This document shows positions 1 to 8,036 of a stretch of DNA of 64,000 bases, piece after piece. The stretch is from Minisyncoccota bacterium. Its GTDB lineage: Bacteria > Patescibacteriota > Minisyncoccia > Phycocordibacterales > SW-6-46-9. The translations under genes and the position numbers were made by a program. The stretch is taken from assembly GCA_040904025.1 (NCBI GenBank), contig JBBDUG010000033.1:365-64364 (forward strand). Direction: 5' to 3'. How positions within the stretch are numbered: position 1 is the first letter of the stretch; each line of letters begins with the position of its first letter. The notes beneath the pieces were generated by a model. That model had not been told where the DNA came from. It was given only the letters and a program-made list of their open reading frames with translations, and did no database searches.

Positions 1-210
1 TAGAGATAATATTCCCTGAGCACACCCCAAATCATATATACGTCCACCTTTAGACGTATATATTTTAATAAGGCGGATGAGTTCCGCAGTTGCTCTCTTG
101 CTTGTAGGGAGAGAGTGTCCACGTATAAGTGCCTCTCCCGCATATACAACAAGCCCAACTAGAAAGAGGAGTAACGCAAGTGCTATTAAAATATATACAA
201 CAGAAATCAT
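1..210 (-). CDS. Partial CDS running off the 5' window edge (N-terminus at 210). One N-terminal TM helix, then a DLGCAQG motif resembling motif I of class I SAM methyltransferases. Its ATG overlaps the upstream ATP-grasp stop codon as ATGA.
   Basis: Minus-strand translation from the ATG at 210 gives MISVVYILIALALLLFLVGLVVYAGEALIRGHSLPTSKRATAELIRLIKIYTSKGGRIYDLGCAQGILSL with no stop before position 1. The ATGA overlap with the upstream stop suggests translational coupling. Confidence 0.35.
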   Translation of the reverse strand, partial: MISVVYILIALALLLFLVGLVVYAGEALIRGHSLPTSKRATAELIRLIKIYTSKGGRIYDLGCAQGILSL

Positions 211-1391
211 GAGTAATATTTAAATAAGAGGTCGACAAGTGCTCCTGCAACATCCTGCGATTCACCGGAAGACGGAGTATGATGCATTTCAATACTCGGA
301 AGACTATTAAGCTCAAGAATTGCGCATTCCTGTTTTTTCCAAGAAATTGATATGTCTGGTATACAGATATCAATTCCAACCACACGCATACCGGTATATT
401 CTGCCACATCCTGAAATAGTCTCCTATTATCCCCATGCATCTCTCCTGTCACCTCTTCAAGATCACCTCCGAGTCTCATAAAGGGGTCACGTTGGAGATA
501 GACACGCTCACCATTCTCGGGAACAGAAGAGAGTGTGTATCCCAGCTCTCCAAGTAGCCTCTTTGTTGTCTCATCGACAACCAGAGAATGAAAGAAGTCT
601 CCCCCATCATCTCTCGTTCGATTTTTCTCTACTACTAGATCCCTGATGGATGAAGAACTATCCCCCACTACATGTGCGGGAACCTGCTTCACACATGCCA
701 CAAAATCATAATCAATAACAGTCGCACGATATACGAAAGAATTCTCAACATACCGCTCGACAATAAACCGAGGAGAATATTCTAAAACATGTCGTATTGC
801 CCCAACAAATGAATCCCTTGAACGGATATCGGTTGTTACATGTTGAGCAACAGACCCTCGTCGCGGCTTCACCACAAGCGGATATCCCAGCTTTTCTCCA
901 TATCTCATTGCTCCGTCTCTCTGAAGCAAGGAGAAGGACAGACCTTCAACAACAAGGAACCCGCCATCTTGCAAAAATTCTCTTGTCTCCTGTTTACAAT
1001 CTGGATCAAATAATCGAGAGGATATATGTTCAGCCAACGGAAAACCTTCAAATCGCACAACGATGTCTTCAAACTCTACTCTAAATTGATTTGTATACCC
1101 ATACCTACCACGCAGCCCCACCACTCTCACTCCCCGATTTCGTGCCTCTGTGATAAAAAGAGCAGAACGCTTTTGGATAGAAGAAAGATCAATTTCCTCT
1201 TCTTCTTTCAATATTCCCAGAGAAAGAAAAGCTTTCTCAAAAAGGGTATCTGCAAATGAGAGGAGAGTATGCGGAAGAGGAGTTGAAGGCAGTATCATTG
1301 ACATACATTCATCCAACCATGTTTGGATATGGTAGAAAGATGAGATTCCACAGCTGTCACATTTACCTGGCTTTAGCATAGATACATTCAT
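207..1391 (-). CDS. ATP-grasp superfamily protein (RimK / glutathione-synthetase / peptide-ligase-like) with a Cys-containing N-terminal region.
   Basis: GYPLVVKPRRGSVAQHV matches the ATP-grasp P-loop-like motif. The ORF-track start at 1571 would overlap tRNA-Lys, so a downstream Met (1391, MNVSMLKPG) is used. The start is uncertain. Confidence 0.55.
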   Translation of the reverse strand: MNVSMLKPGKCDSCGISSFYHIQTWLDECMSMILPSTPLPHTLLSFADTLFEKAFLSLGILKEEEEIDLSSIQKRSALFITEARNRGVRVVGLRGRYGYTNQFRVEFEDIVVRFEGFPLAEHISSRLFDPDCKQETREFLQDGGFLVVEGLSFSLLQRDGAMRYGEKLGYPLVVKPRRGSVAQHVTTDIRSRDSFVGAIRHVLEYSPRFIVERYVENSFVYRATVIDYDFVACVKQVPAHVVGDSSSSIRDLVVEKNRTRDDGGDFFHSLVVDETTKRLLGELGYTLSSVPENGERVYLQRDPFMRLGGDLEEVTGEMHGDNRRLFQDVAEYTGMRVVGIDICIPDISISWKKQECAILELNSLPSIEMHHTPSSGESQDVAGALVDLLFKYYS

Positions 1392-1472
1392 ACTATCGCA
1401 GAACGAGACGACAGGATAATAGAGGTATGTATTGAGAAAAAGAGCTAAACAAGGTATAGTATTTCGCGTACT

Positions 1473-1545
1473 CCGCTCGTAGCTCAGCTGGTAGAGCAGC
1501 GGCCTCTTAAGCCGACGGTCGAAGGTTCGAGTCCTTCCGAGCGGA
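1473..1545 (+). tRNA. tRNA-Lys (anticodon CTT)
   Basis: Cloverleaf read by eye. Acceptor stem ccgctcg/cgagcgg, D-arm gctc-agctggta-gagc, anticodon loop cuCUUaa with U33 and A37, T-arm gaagg-ttcgagt-ccttc. 73 nt, CCA not encoded. Confidence 0.75.
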
Positions 1546-1557
1546 CACGGGATACAA

Positions 1558-1584
1558 TAGGGCTTTATCAAGCCCTATTTTTTA
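1558..1584 (+). terminator. Rho-independent terminator downstream of tRNA-Lys
   Basis: Hairpin tagggct-ttatca-agcccta followed by TTTTTTAT. Confidence 0.7.
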
Positions 1585-1598
1585 TATCAATATAGTAC

Positions 1599-1628
1599 TT
1601 GACTATACATACATATATATTGTATAAT
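1599..1628 (+). promoter_or_regulatory. Near-consensus sigma-70-type promoter (TTGACT-N18-TATAAT) for the SPFH operon.
   Basis: TTGACT at 1599-1604, an 18-nt spacer, TATAAT at 1623-1628. GGAGG at 1673-1677 lies 6 nt before the ATG at 1684. Confidence 0.55.
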
Positions 1629-1683
1629 TGTATGCGGAATCACGTAATGAATCTTGAAATTCTTATATACACGGAGGTTTGCC

Positions 1684-2838
1684 ATGGATGACTACACGAT
1701 CGATATGGTGCTCTTAGCACTATCGTTAGCTGGTTACTCAATAGCCGTGGGGGGAATCCTATGGCTACTAGCTCAAAACAAGGTCTTTTTCGGATTTGTC
1801 CGAGAAAAACAAGCCATCAACATCATGCGGTTTGACGGATATAGTCGGACTATAATGGCGGCCGATAACCTGATGCTTCGACAAGAAGCAGAGGATAAAG
1901 GCTATCTTCCCAAAGAGTTATTAGAAGATGCGTGGGAGAAGTTGGAGGAAGAAAAAGGGAAGCTGGAGGAAAAGGAAACCTTTTCCTTTAACAATCCCCT
2001 TCCCCACGATATCGTCTTGGTCAAACCCCAAGAAGGGAGGCGTAGGAGTCTTTATCTCATTGGACTATGGCCTATTCATCAGGCCCATCGGTACAACCTA
2101 ATTGAAACCAAATACAAGCAGCAAGGTGGTGATAGCCTTTCAAGCGTCGTAGAGGAAACACAGACCGTCCAATACGACCACGTACCTTTAAATGAGATGG
2201 TACGGGTCTGCATCGTCGCCGATGTAGAGCTGCCAAGTGGAATTCCTGTTACAGCACACTTCTCTGTAACCTTGCGACTTCTCAACACCTATACCCCCAT
2301 CTTCGACATCAAAGATTCGGAGTGGTTGGGCACAGTGTTCGACCAATTAGGTCCGGTCTTAAGAGGGTTCCTAGGTCATTGCAAGTACGAAGAACTCGCA
2401 ACAGGAAAAACCCAGAATGAAGTCATCATGAAGTTCCTCAGAGGAAAAAAAGTAGTACCTCCAGGAGCAACGGAACTCCTTGCCCCGAAGCAAGATAATC
2501 TATCATACTGGGCCAACCAGTATCGCGTCGGTATCCTTCGAGTCGATCTCCAAACAGTTGATCCGTCAGGGGGGATCAAAGAGGAGATGCGAGAAGCAAC
2601 CACGATCGCCTACCGCATGGAGCAAGAAGGAAAAGCGGAGGCAAGTAAGATCCGACAAGTCGGAGATGCGCACGCACATGCACGAGATGTTGAATATGAA
2701 GCCATCCTCAAGAGAGGTAAAGGGGCGGGACTACATATCCGACGCTCAGAAGCAATTGAAAAAACGAACGCATCTACCCTTGTACTCGGAGACGAAAACG
2801 GTAGCAGAACAGCCATTCCAATCGGAGGGGATAAATAA
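1684..2838 (+). CDS. SPFH / band-7 (stomatin/flotillin/HflKC-like) membrane protein
   Basis: N-terminal TM helix. SPFH-like core (YRVGILRVDLQTVDP), then an Ala/Glu-rich helical region ending in ASTLVLGD. The start at 1684 is preferred over 1654 because of the GGAGG Shine-Dalgarno. Confidence 0.55.
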   Translation: MDDYTIDMVLLALSLAGYSIAVGGILWLLAQNKVFFGFVREKQAINIMRFDGYSRTIMAADNLMLRQEAEDKGYLPKELLEDAWEKLEEEKGKLEEKETFSFNNPLPHDIVLVKPQEGRRRSLYLIGLWPIHQAHRYNLIETKYKQQGGDSLSSVVEETQTVQYDHVPLNEMVRVCIVADVELPSGIPVTAHFSVTLRLLNTYTPIFDIKDSEWLGTVFDQLGPVLRGFLGHCKYEELATGKTQNEVIMKFLRGKKVVPPGATELLAPKQDNLSYWANQYRVGILRVDLQTVDPSGGIKEEMREATTIAYRMEQEGKAEASKIRQVGDAHAHARDVEYEAILKRGKGAGLHIRRSEAIEKTNASTLVLGDENGSRTAIPIGGDK

Positions 2839-3734
2839 TGAAAGAATTTGGATTAGTTCTACTCGCAATCTTTGCAATCTGGGGGCTGTTTGCAACGTGG
2901 AGAAAGTTATACCCACAAAGCCTCAATCGCGTGACGAATGTGAGTAGCCCAGCAACCTGGATTACTCTAGGAATTGGTGGCATCACAGCAGTCATCATGA
3001 TCCTAAACCTGACACCCTTTCAACAGGCGAAGGCAACGGATCAAATGATGTTCACCGGAATCATCATTCTCGCAATCTGCGGAGGATTCCTCGCAACGAA
3101 TAACCACCGTGGTTTTCAGGCAGCGGGGAAAGCAATGAAAGCACTGACGGCCTTTGCGTTCGCGGTGCTCCTCATCGTTACCGTATACGAGACGTGGTGG
3201 CAAGATCCCACCGACGCCTCGATGGACGCAGCGTTTCAGGGTGAAATTGCTGCTGTATCGAGTGAAGCGGAGGCTCAATCTCTCTACGAGAAAGTACTCT
3301 GCAACTCGGACTACAACGACAAGGTGTTAGCGGCATGGATGGACCACGCTCCCCTTGATGTAGCCTATCGCCAGAACCTCCGTGCTCGCGCGCTGGAGAT
3401 GAGGGCAAAAGAATGCCCGTCCGAAGACCGAGTCCAGAGAGTGCGAGTCAATCCGACCTACAACCCCTTTGAGAAAGGGCGGGGTGTACCCCACTTGTGG
3501 GCAACACAAGATACCGTGAAGCACGCATGGTTGATCGGAGAAACTCGTCTCGGCGCAAGCGAGAAGAACAAGGAGTTGATTCAGATCAGCCATTGCGGTG
3601 ATCCGAACAATTTCACCTCGCTCGGGGAATTCATCGAAGAGCGAAAAAAGAAGGACACGGTAACGTGCGCAGTACCTTACTTCTCAGTATATTCTTCCAC
3701 CGGTGACAGCTTGCTGTTTATCGCGGAAGACTGA
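2838..3734 (+). CDS. Polytopic membrane protein (3-4 N-terminal TM helices plus a soluble C-terminal domain) translationally coupled to the SPFH gene. Possibly an NfeD-like partner.
   Basis: TAATG stop/start overlap with the upstream gene. Hydrophobic N-terminal segments. No recognisable catalytic motif. Confidence 0.45.
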   Translation: MKEFGLVLLAIFAIWGLFATWRKLYPQSLNRVTNVSSPATWITLGIGGITAVIMILNLTPFQQAKATDQMMFTGIIILAICGGFLATNNHRGFQAAGKAMKALTAFAFAVLLIVTVYETWWQDPTDASMDAAFQGEIAAVSSEAEAQSLYEKVLCNSDYNDKVLAAWMDHAPLDVAYRQNLRARALEMRAKECPSEDRVQRVRVNPTYNPFEKGRGVPHLWATQDTVKHAWLIGETRLGASEKNKELIQISHCGDPNNFTSLGEFIEERKKKDTVTCAVPYFSVYSSTGDSLLFIAED

Positions 3735-3741
3735 GCAAAAA

Positions 3742-3785
3742 GGCCAGAGAGACTCAGTCGAGTCACTCTGGCCTTCTTTATTTAC
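3742..3785. terminator. Bidirectional intrinsic terminator between convergent genes
   Basis: A 13-14 bp stem (ggccagagagactc / gagtcactctggcc) with one mismatch, flanked by an A-run upstream and a T-rich tract downstream. Confidence 0.65.
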
Positions 3786-3792
3786 CCAAGAA

Positions 3793-4032
3793 TTAACGGA
3801 GTGTATTCTCGAGGATGCGCACTATAGCCCATGCGCTCACCATGATCACCATACCAACAATCCCCCATGTGATATGCTTCCGTCCTGTCTCTCGTGCTTC
3901 CGAACTTCCACCCTTTACAAGTGTCTTTAACACTCCAAACAGGAACAGTACCACCGCAACCGCAAAGAGAAGCAATATGAGCGGCTGTATGATAACGGTA
4001 AAGAGATTGTCGATGATGCGATCAAGTGACAT
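3793..4032 (-). CDS. Small two-TM hairpin protein, TrbC/VirB2-like (T4SS-pilin-like) module only. Paralog 1 of 5.
   Basis: The 79-aa protein has the pattern hydrophobic helix, short charged loop (GGSSEARETGRK), ITWGIVGMVIMVSAWAIV helix. This module is shared with the four upstream genes. Confidence 0.55.
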   Translation of the reverse strand: MSLDRIIDNLFTVIIQPLILLLFAVAVVLFLFGVLKTLVKGGSSEARETGRKHITWGIVGMVIMVSAWAIVRILENTLR

Positions 4033-4044
4033 TAAGAAGTGCTA

Positions 4045-4554
4045 CTAAGGTCGATATCGACAGAAGTCACCGATGTATCGCACATAATCAGTTGCACATT
4101 CATCGAGACAATCACCACGTCGAGGTCCATCTACGTGTCTGACCTCAGATGCATCAGAACATCGTTCTGTCCCCTCTAGATCTTGCCCGAAGTCACCGAG
4201 TGGTAAATCTACGAGATCTTCAATGTTCCCTTCTGGAGCAGCGCTGTCAAGATTGAAGGTGTTAACCAGAATATTCACAATTCCCCAAACGGAAACCATA
4301 ACGAAGATTCCGATAATACCCCAAATCATTGTCTGCTGTGCTTTCTTTCGCTCTTCCGGCTCTCCTGACTTTAGGATGTAGCGAAGTACCCCCCATAGGA
4401 ATAGAAGTACCGCAGCTGCAATAATGATTGGGACAAGCAAGTTAATGATGTCCTGGATCCAGAAGAAGATACCTTCAATCGTGGGTCCCTGCGCAGATGC
4501 AACAGATGGTGCTGCGAATACTGTAAACGCAAGCGTGTATACTAATTTTTTCAT
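4045..4554 (-). CDS. Secreted pilin-like protein: signal peptide, TrbC/VirB2-like two-TM module, and a C-terminal Cys-rich (4 Cys) acidic tail. Paralog 2.
   Basis: MKKLVYTLAFTVFAAPSVASA signal peptide. Module LFLWGVLRYILKSGEPEERKKAQQTMIWGIIGIFVMVSVWGIVNIL. Confidence 0.6.
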   Translation of the reverse strand: MKKLVYTLAFTVFAAPSVASAQGPTIEGIFFWIQDIINLLVPIIIAAAVLLFLWGVLRYILKSGEPEERKKAQQTMIWGIIGIFVMVSVWGIVNILVNTFNLDSAAPEGNIEDLVDLPLGDFGQDLEGTERCSDASEVRHVDGPRRGDCLDECATDYVRYIGDFCRYRP

Positions 4555-4671
4555 TGTAAGTAAATAATCAATGTAATTGTTAATGTAAGATAAGCCTATA
4601 GCATGGGCCGATCAATACTTTACATGATAAAAAAATAGTGGCTACTGAGCAAGGGTACGTGTGGATAAGCT

Positions 4672-5097
4672 CTAATCACATTCGTCTCCAAAGATGTCAC
4701 TTCCCACACCACAATCAATTGCACGGTCTCGAAAATTATCATCAGGTCTTGTCTCAAGTACATTGTCCCGAAGACCATCAGGCGTAGCTCCGAAGAATGT
4801 ATTAGAGAGAAGATTAACTATCCCCCATAAAGATACCATTACAAAAATCGACATAATACCCCAGATCATGAACTTCTTTCCCTCTTCACGTTTCTCGGGA
4901 TTGTTCTGATTTATGAATATAAAATTAAATACTCCCCAGAGGAAGAAGAGGATAGCCAATGCAAAGATGAGAGGAACGGCAAGTTCTATAAGATCAAATA
5001 CGATAAAGACAAGATCGGTTAAATTACACGGAGGTGTAGAACACTCTGCGGCGTGAGCAATATTGGGAAAAATAAGATTGGTTATAAAATCTATCAT
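4672..5097 (-). CDS. Pilin-like protein with the TrbC/VirB2-like two-TM module and Cys-containing N- and C-terminal extensions. Paralog 3.
   Basis: Module LFFLWGVFNFIFINQNNPEKREEGKKFMIWGIMSIFVMVSLWGIVNLL. ATGA overlap with the upstream gene. Confidence 0.6.
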   Translation of the reverse strand: MIDFITNLIFPNIAHAAECSTPPCNLTDLVFIVFDLIELAVPLIFALAILFFLWGVFNFIFINQNNPEKREEGKKFMIWGIMSIFVMVSLWGIVNLLSNTFFGATPDGLRDNVLETRPDDNFRDRAIDCGVGSDIFGDECD

Positions 5098-5774
5098 TGT
5101 CCTAAGTCAGTTATGGTTCCAACAATAACTTTTGCAAGAATATCCGCCCCAATTATCACTGCGGCTCCGATCAATGTCCACATCAATGTCTTCTTTGCCT
5201 TTGAAATCTTCTCTGGATTACCCTGTGCCACTAGGAAGAGGAAGCCGGAATAGATGATAAATATAATAATTATTGGAATGGCAATTTGAACTATTCTGTC
5301 CAATAAAGCCTCCAGGAATTTAGGTATGGTACTTATACTACCAAGTGGGTTTGTGAGTCTCCCCACAATATGTGCGGGTTCATCAGGATCAACAACTATA
5401 GGCTCAGTGTATTCCGCACTCCTTTCAGTGATCCCGTCTGCATTAATTGAAGTCACCGTTAGCGTTACAAGGTATTCTCCTTCTTCTGGAAACCTATATG
5501 TGACTCGTTCTCCTGTGTCTGTATCAGTCCCATTAATACCTGGACCGGTAAAAGTCCACGTCCATCCATTAATTTCTTCTCCACCATCTGGATCTTCAGA
5601 TGCTTCTCCGGTAAATGAAATATTTAATCCATCCTGACTAACAATGCCAATCTTTGCGACAGGATCTGCAGCAAACACAAATGAAAGGCCCGCGAACAAA
5701 ACAAAAATCCCAACAACAAAGGCTGTGGTAAGTTTAGCTACTATTCTATTATCCAAGTATTGTCCAAAAACCAT
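5094..5774 (-). CDS. Surface protein: N-terminal anchor or signal peptide, one PKD domain, and a C-terminal TrbC/VirB2-like two-TM module. Paralog 4.
   Basis: PKD hallmarks WTWTF, GEYLVTLTVT. C-terminal module IPIIIIFIIYSGFLFLVAQGNPEKISKAKKTLMWTLIGAAVII. Confidence 0.6.
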   Translation of the reverse strand: MVFGQYLDNRIVAKLTTAFVVGIFVLFAGLSFVFAADPVAKIGIVSQDGLNISFTGEASEDPDGGEEINGWTWTFTGPGINGTDTDTGERVTYRFPEEGEYLVTLTVTSINADGITERSAEYTEPIVVDPDEPAHIVGRLTNPLGSISTIPKFLEALLDRIVQIAIPIIIIFIIYSGFLFLVAQGNPEKISKAKKTLMWTLIGAAVIIGADILAKVIVGTITDLGQ

Positions 5775-6750
5775 TTTCTGTATCTAGAAGCGATGCTGTT
5801 ATCGTATTCACGATCAACCACGCCAACGCTATTATTATAAGCCCTATTGCCGTTTTCTTAAAAATATTGTGAGCTGTGGATATCTTTTGTGGACTCCCAC
5901 CGGAAGACATATAGAGCCATCCCGCGTAGGCAAACATAACAGTCGCTACTACCGCTGCGGTATAGAATATCCATTCAATAACACGATTTAAGAGCTCTAT
6001 AAAGCTATTAAAGTCACAATCGATCCCGTTGCAAGGTACAAGTCCACCCTTTCCGTAATCAGTATTTACATCATATTTCGGTGTATCGATATCTGTCACA
6101 CCAGCCCCACTGGAGTCAGTACTTTTTGATCCAACAACAATTGTTTTTGTTGTCTCTGCTGCTCTATCGTCTTCCAAACTTGTAACTAAGAGCTTCACCC
6201 CATACTCACCTGGATTCGAAAAAGCATGTTGTTCACTGCGTCCAGATCCATATTGTACAGACCCTTCTGTGTCGAACTGCCACTGGAATCTGAAGTCACT
6301 TGTATCACCAAAATACGAGATATCCTCTTCAAAGGATATAACTTCTCCGGCTTGAGGATTCTCGGGGTCGAAAGTAAAGTCAACATTCAATGCCTGCTGG
6401 ACCTTAATAGCTTGCGTTATGCTATGGGTCTCCCCTTCACTATCAAGAACAATGAGGGTAACAGGATGATTTCCCGGAGAAGAGAATGTGTAGGGAAAAA
6501 TGGAGTACTCTTCATCCCGCCCACCCCACGTATTGTCTTTATCTCCATCGACATACCATGTCCATGCCTCTGGTGATGTTCCTGGATCATATGAAGAAGT
6601 GGAGATGAATTGAACCTCCTCCCCCACTTCTGCAGAAGGAGGGTCTGCATAGAAGTTGGCCTGTGGAGCTGCATATGCAACCATCGCACTTACCCCCACT
6701 AAAGACAAGAGGAGTGAAAGAGACCAAAATGCTGTATATACGTTTTTCAT
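5749..6750 (-). CDS. Surface protein: signal peptide, two PKD domains, a CxxxxC linker, and a C-terminal TrbC/VirB2-like two-TM module. Paralog 5.
   Basis: Signal peptide MKNVYTAFWSLSLLLSLVGVSAMVAYA. PKD motifs WTWYVDGD, FRFQWQFD, GEYGVKLLVT. C-terminal module ...SGGSPQKISTAHNIFKKTAIGLIIIALAWLIVN. Confidence 0.6.
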   Translation of the reverse strand: MKNVYTAFWSLSLLLSLVGVSAMVAYAAPQANFYADPPSAEVGEEVQFISTSSYDPGTSPEAWTWYVDGDKDNTWGGRDEEYSIFPYTFSSPGNHPVTLIVLDSEGETHSITQAIKVQQALNVDFTFDPENPQAGEVISFEEDISYFGDTSDFRFQWQFDTEGSVQYGSGRSEQHAFSNPGEYGVKLLVTSLEDDRAAETTKTIVVGSKSTDSSGAGVTDIDTPKYDVNTDYGKGGLVPCNGIDCDFNSFIELLNRVIEWIFYTAAVVATVMFAYAGWLYMSSGGSPQKISTAHNIFKKTAIGLIIIALAWLIVNTITASLLDTENGFWTILG

Positions 6751-6752
6751 AC

Positions 6753-8027
6753 CTACAAATTATTATGCGCCTTCTCAATTGCATCCGACCCGCGCAACCT
6801 TCCGGATGTCACATCATCAACCAATGTCTCGAATACATCATAACTACGATACAGATTAACATCCGGCCAGCTCACAGATCTCACCGCTGCTCGATAGAAG
6901 AGGTTCATATACGCATCAGACGGCTCGCTCTGCAATAGATCTCGCCGTGCCGGTGGTAGGAGCTGTATAGAGGATATACTCTCCGCAAAAGCCCTGTTTG
7001 AGAGCAATATAGCCCCTCGAACCGCTTCGGATAGCTGCGAAGACCTCTCCAGCACAGCAATTCCCAACACATGTGCATATGTTCTTGGAACTTCATCACG
7101 TATCTGCGGTACTGAAGTGACATCAAAATTTAAATTCGGATTTCGAGAACGAATACGTCTGATCTCAGAGGCAAACCCGATATAAAGTCCAAGATTATTT
7201 GTTGCAAAGATAGATTGAGCTTCAGGAAGCGCAGAGTTCCATGTATACGTTGGAGTATCAGGGTCAGCAAATTCGGTATAGAAACGTACCACTGAGAGCA
7301 CAATGGATGCATTGCGTGAATTTTTTGGTGCTAATACTGATTCAACTCCATTTCCACTCCACTGTGCAATTGGGTTCCCTGACTGCAACAGAAGAAGTGA
7401 AAAGATATCTGCTGCATTGGCAATATTGGAGAATGTACCTAATGCGATAGCGGCACGCTCGATAGATGTCCCATTACGCACTCCCACCTCATCTACAAAA
7501 TCAGGAATATCACCCCAATATGCTGGTGGTGTTGCAATACCTGCGCCAGAAAGCAATGTTCTGTTCCAGTACATCACGAGAGGATCTACAGAGATAGGAA
7601 GAGCATATATTCCATTTGGTGCAGCAAATACTTCTCCTGCCTCTACAAATGAATCGCGAAAATTCCGTAGTGGAAAGCTTTCATATGGAATCGGAAGTAG
7701 ATCTCCTCGAACTCGCAGAAGTGTTGTCTCTGGATACAAAAGAAGATCGGGAGCACCACCATATGCAAGTGCCTCTACTAATATCTCCTCAAGTCTCTCG
7801 GATGAGATCTGTTGATATTGAAACTCAAACGGAGCCTCACTCTCTACAATCAAGGGCTCTACCGCATCTTCAAAATCTTCTCTTTCCATCTCCCCCCACA
7901 CTGAGAGTTGAGTCGATGGAAGTGCTTCACTACGTTTCTGAAGCGCAAATACAATAACAGCAAGGAGTGCAACAACGAGGAGTATGCCGATAACTACATA
8001 TTGAAATATACTTGTTTGTTCGTCCAT
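6753..8027 (-). CDS. Membrane-anchored extracellular solute-binding protein (SBP family 1 / MalE-like fold) with no adjacent ABC permease or ATPase.
   Basis: N-terminal TM helix. SBP_bac_1-like motifs LSVWGEME, GGAPDLLLY, YALPISVDPLVMYWNRTLL. Only a 2-nt gap to the downstream PKD/pilin-like gene. Confidence 0.5.
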   Translation of the reverse strand: MDEQTSIFQYVVIGILLVVALLAVIVFALQKRSEALPSTQLSVWGEMEREDFEDAVEPLIVESEAPFEFQYQQISSERLEEILVEALAYGGAPDLLLYPETTLLRVRGDLLPIPYESFPLRNFRDSFVEAGEVFAAPNGIYALPISVDPLVMYWNRTLLSGAGIATPPAYWGDIPDFVDEVGVRNGTSIERAAIALGTFSNIANAADIFSLLLLQSGNPIAQWSGNGVESVLAPKNSRNASIVLSVVRFYTEFADPDTPTYTWNSALPEAQSIFATNNLGLYIGFASEIRRIRSRNPNLNFDVTSVPQIRDEVPRTYAHVLGIAVLERSSQLSEAVRGAILLSNRAFAESISSIQLLPPARRDLLQSEPSDAYMNLFYRAAVRSVSWPDVNLYRSYDVFETLVDDVTSGRLRGSDAIEKAHNNL

Positions 8028-8036
8028 ATATCAGTA

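Noticed and set aside
65-436. 123-aa minus-strand ORF overlapping the ATP-grasp gene
   Set aside because: It lies in a different frame from the motif-bearing ATP-grasp ORF and the ATGA-coupled downstream gene. It has no motifs and is likely spurious.
3793-6750. Diversity-generating retroelement or variable-repeat system acting on the PKD/pilin paralogs
   Set aside because: No reverse transcriptase (YxDD) ORF and no near-identical template/variable repeat pair was seen. The paralogs are diverged at the DNA level.
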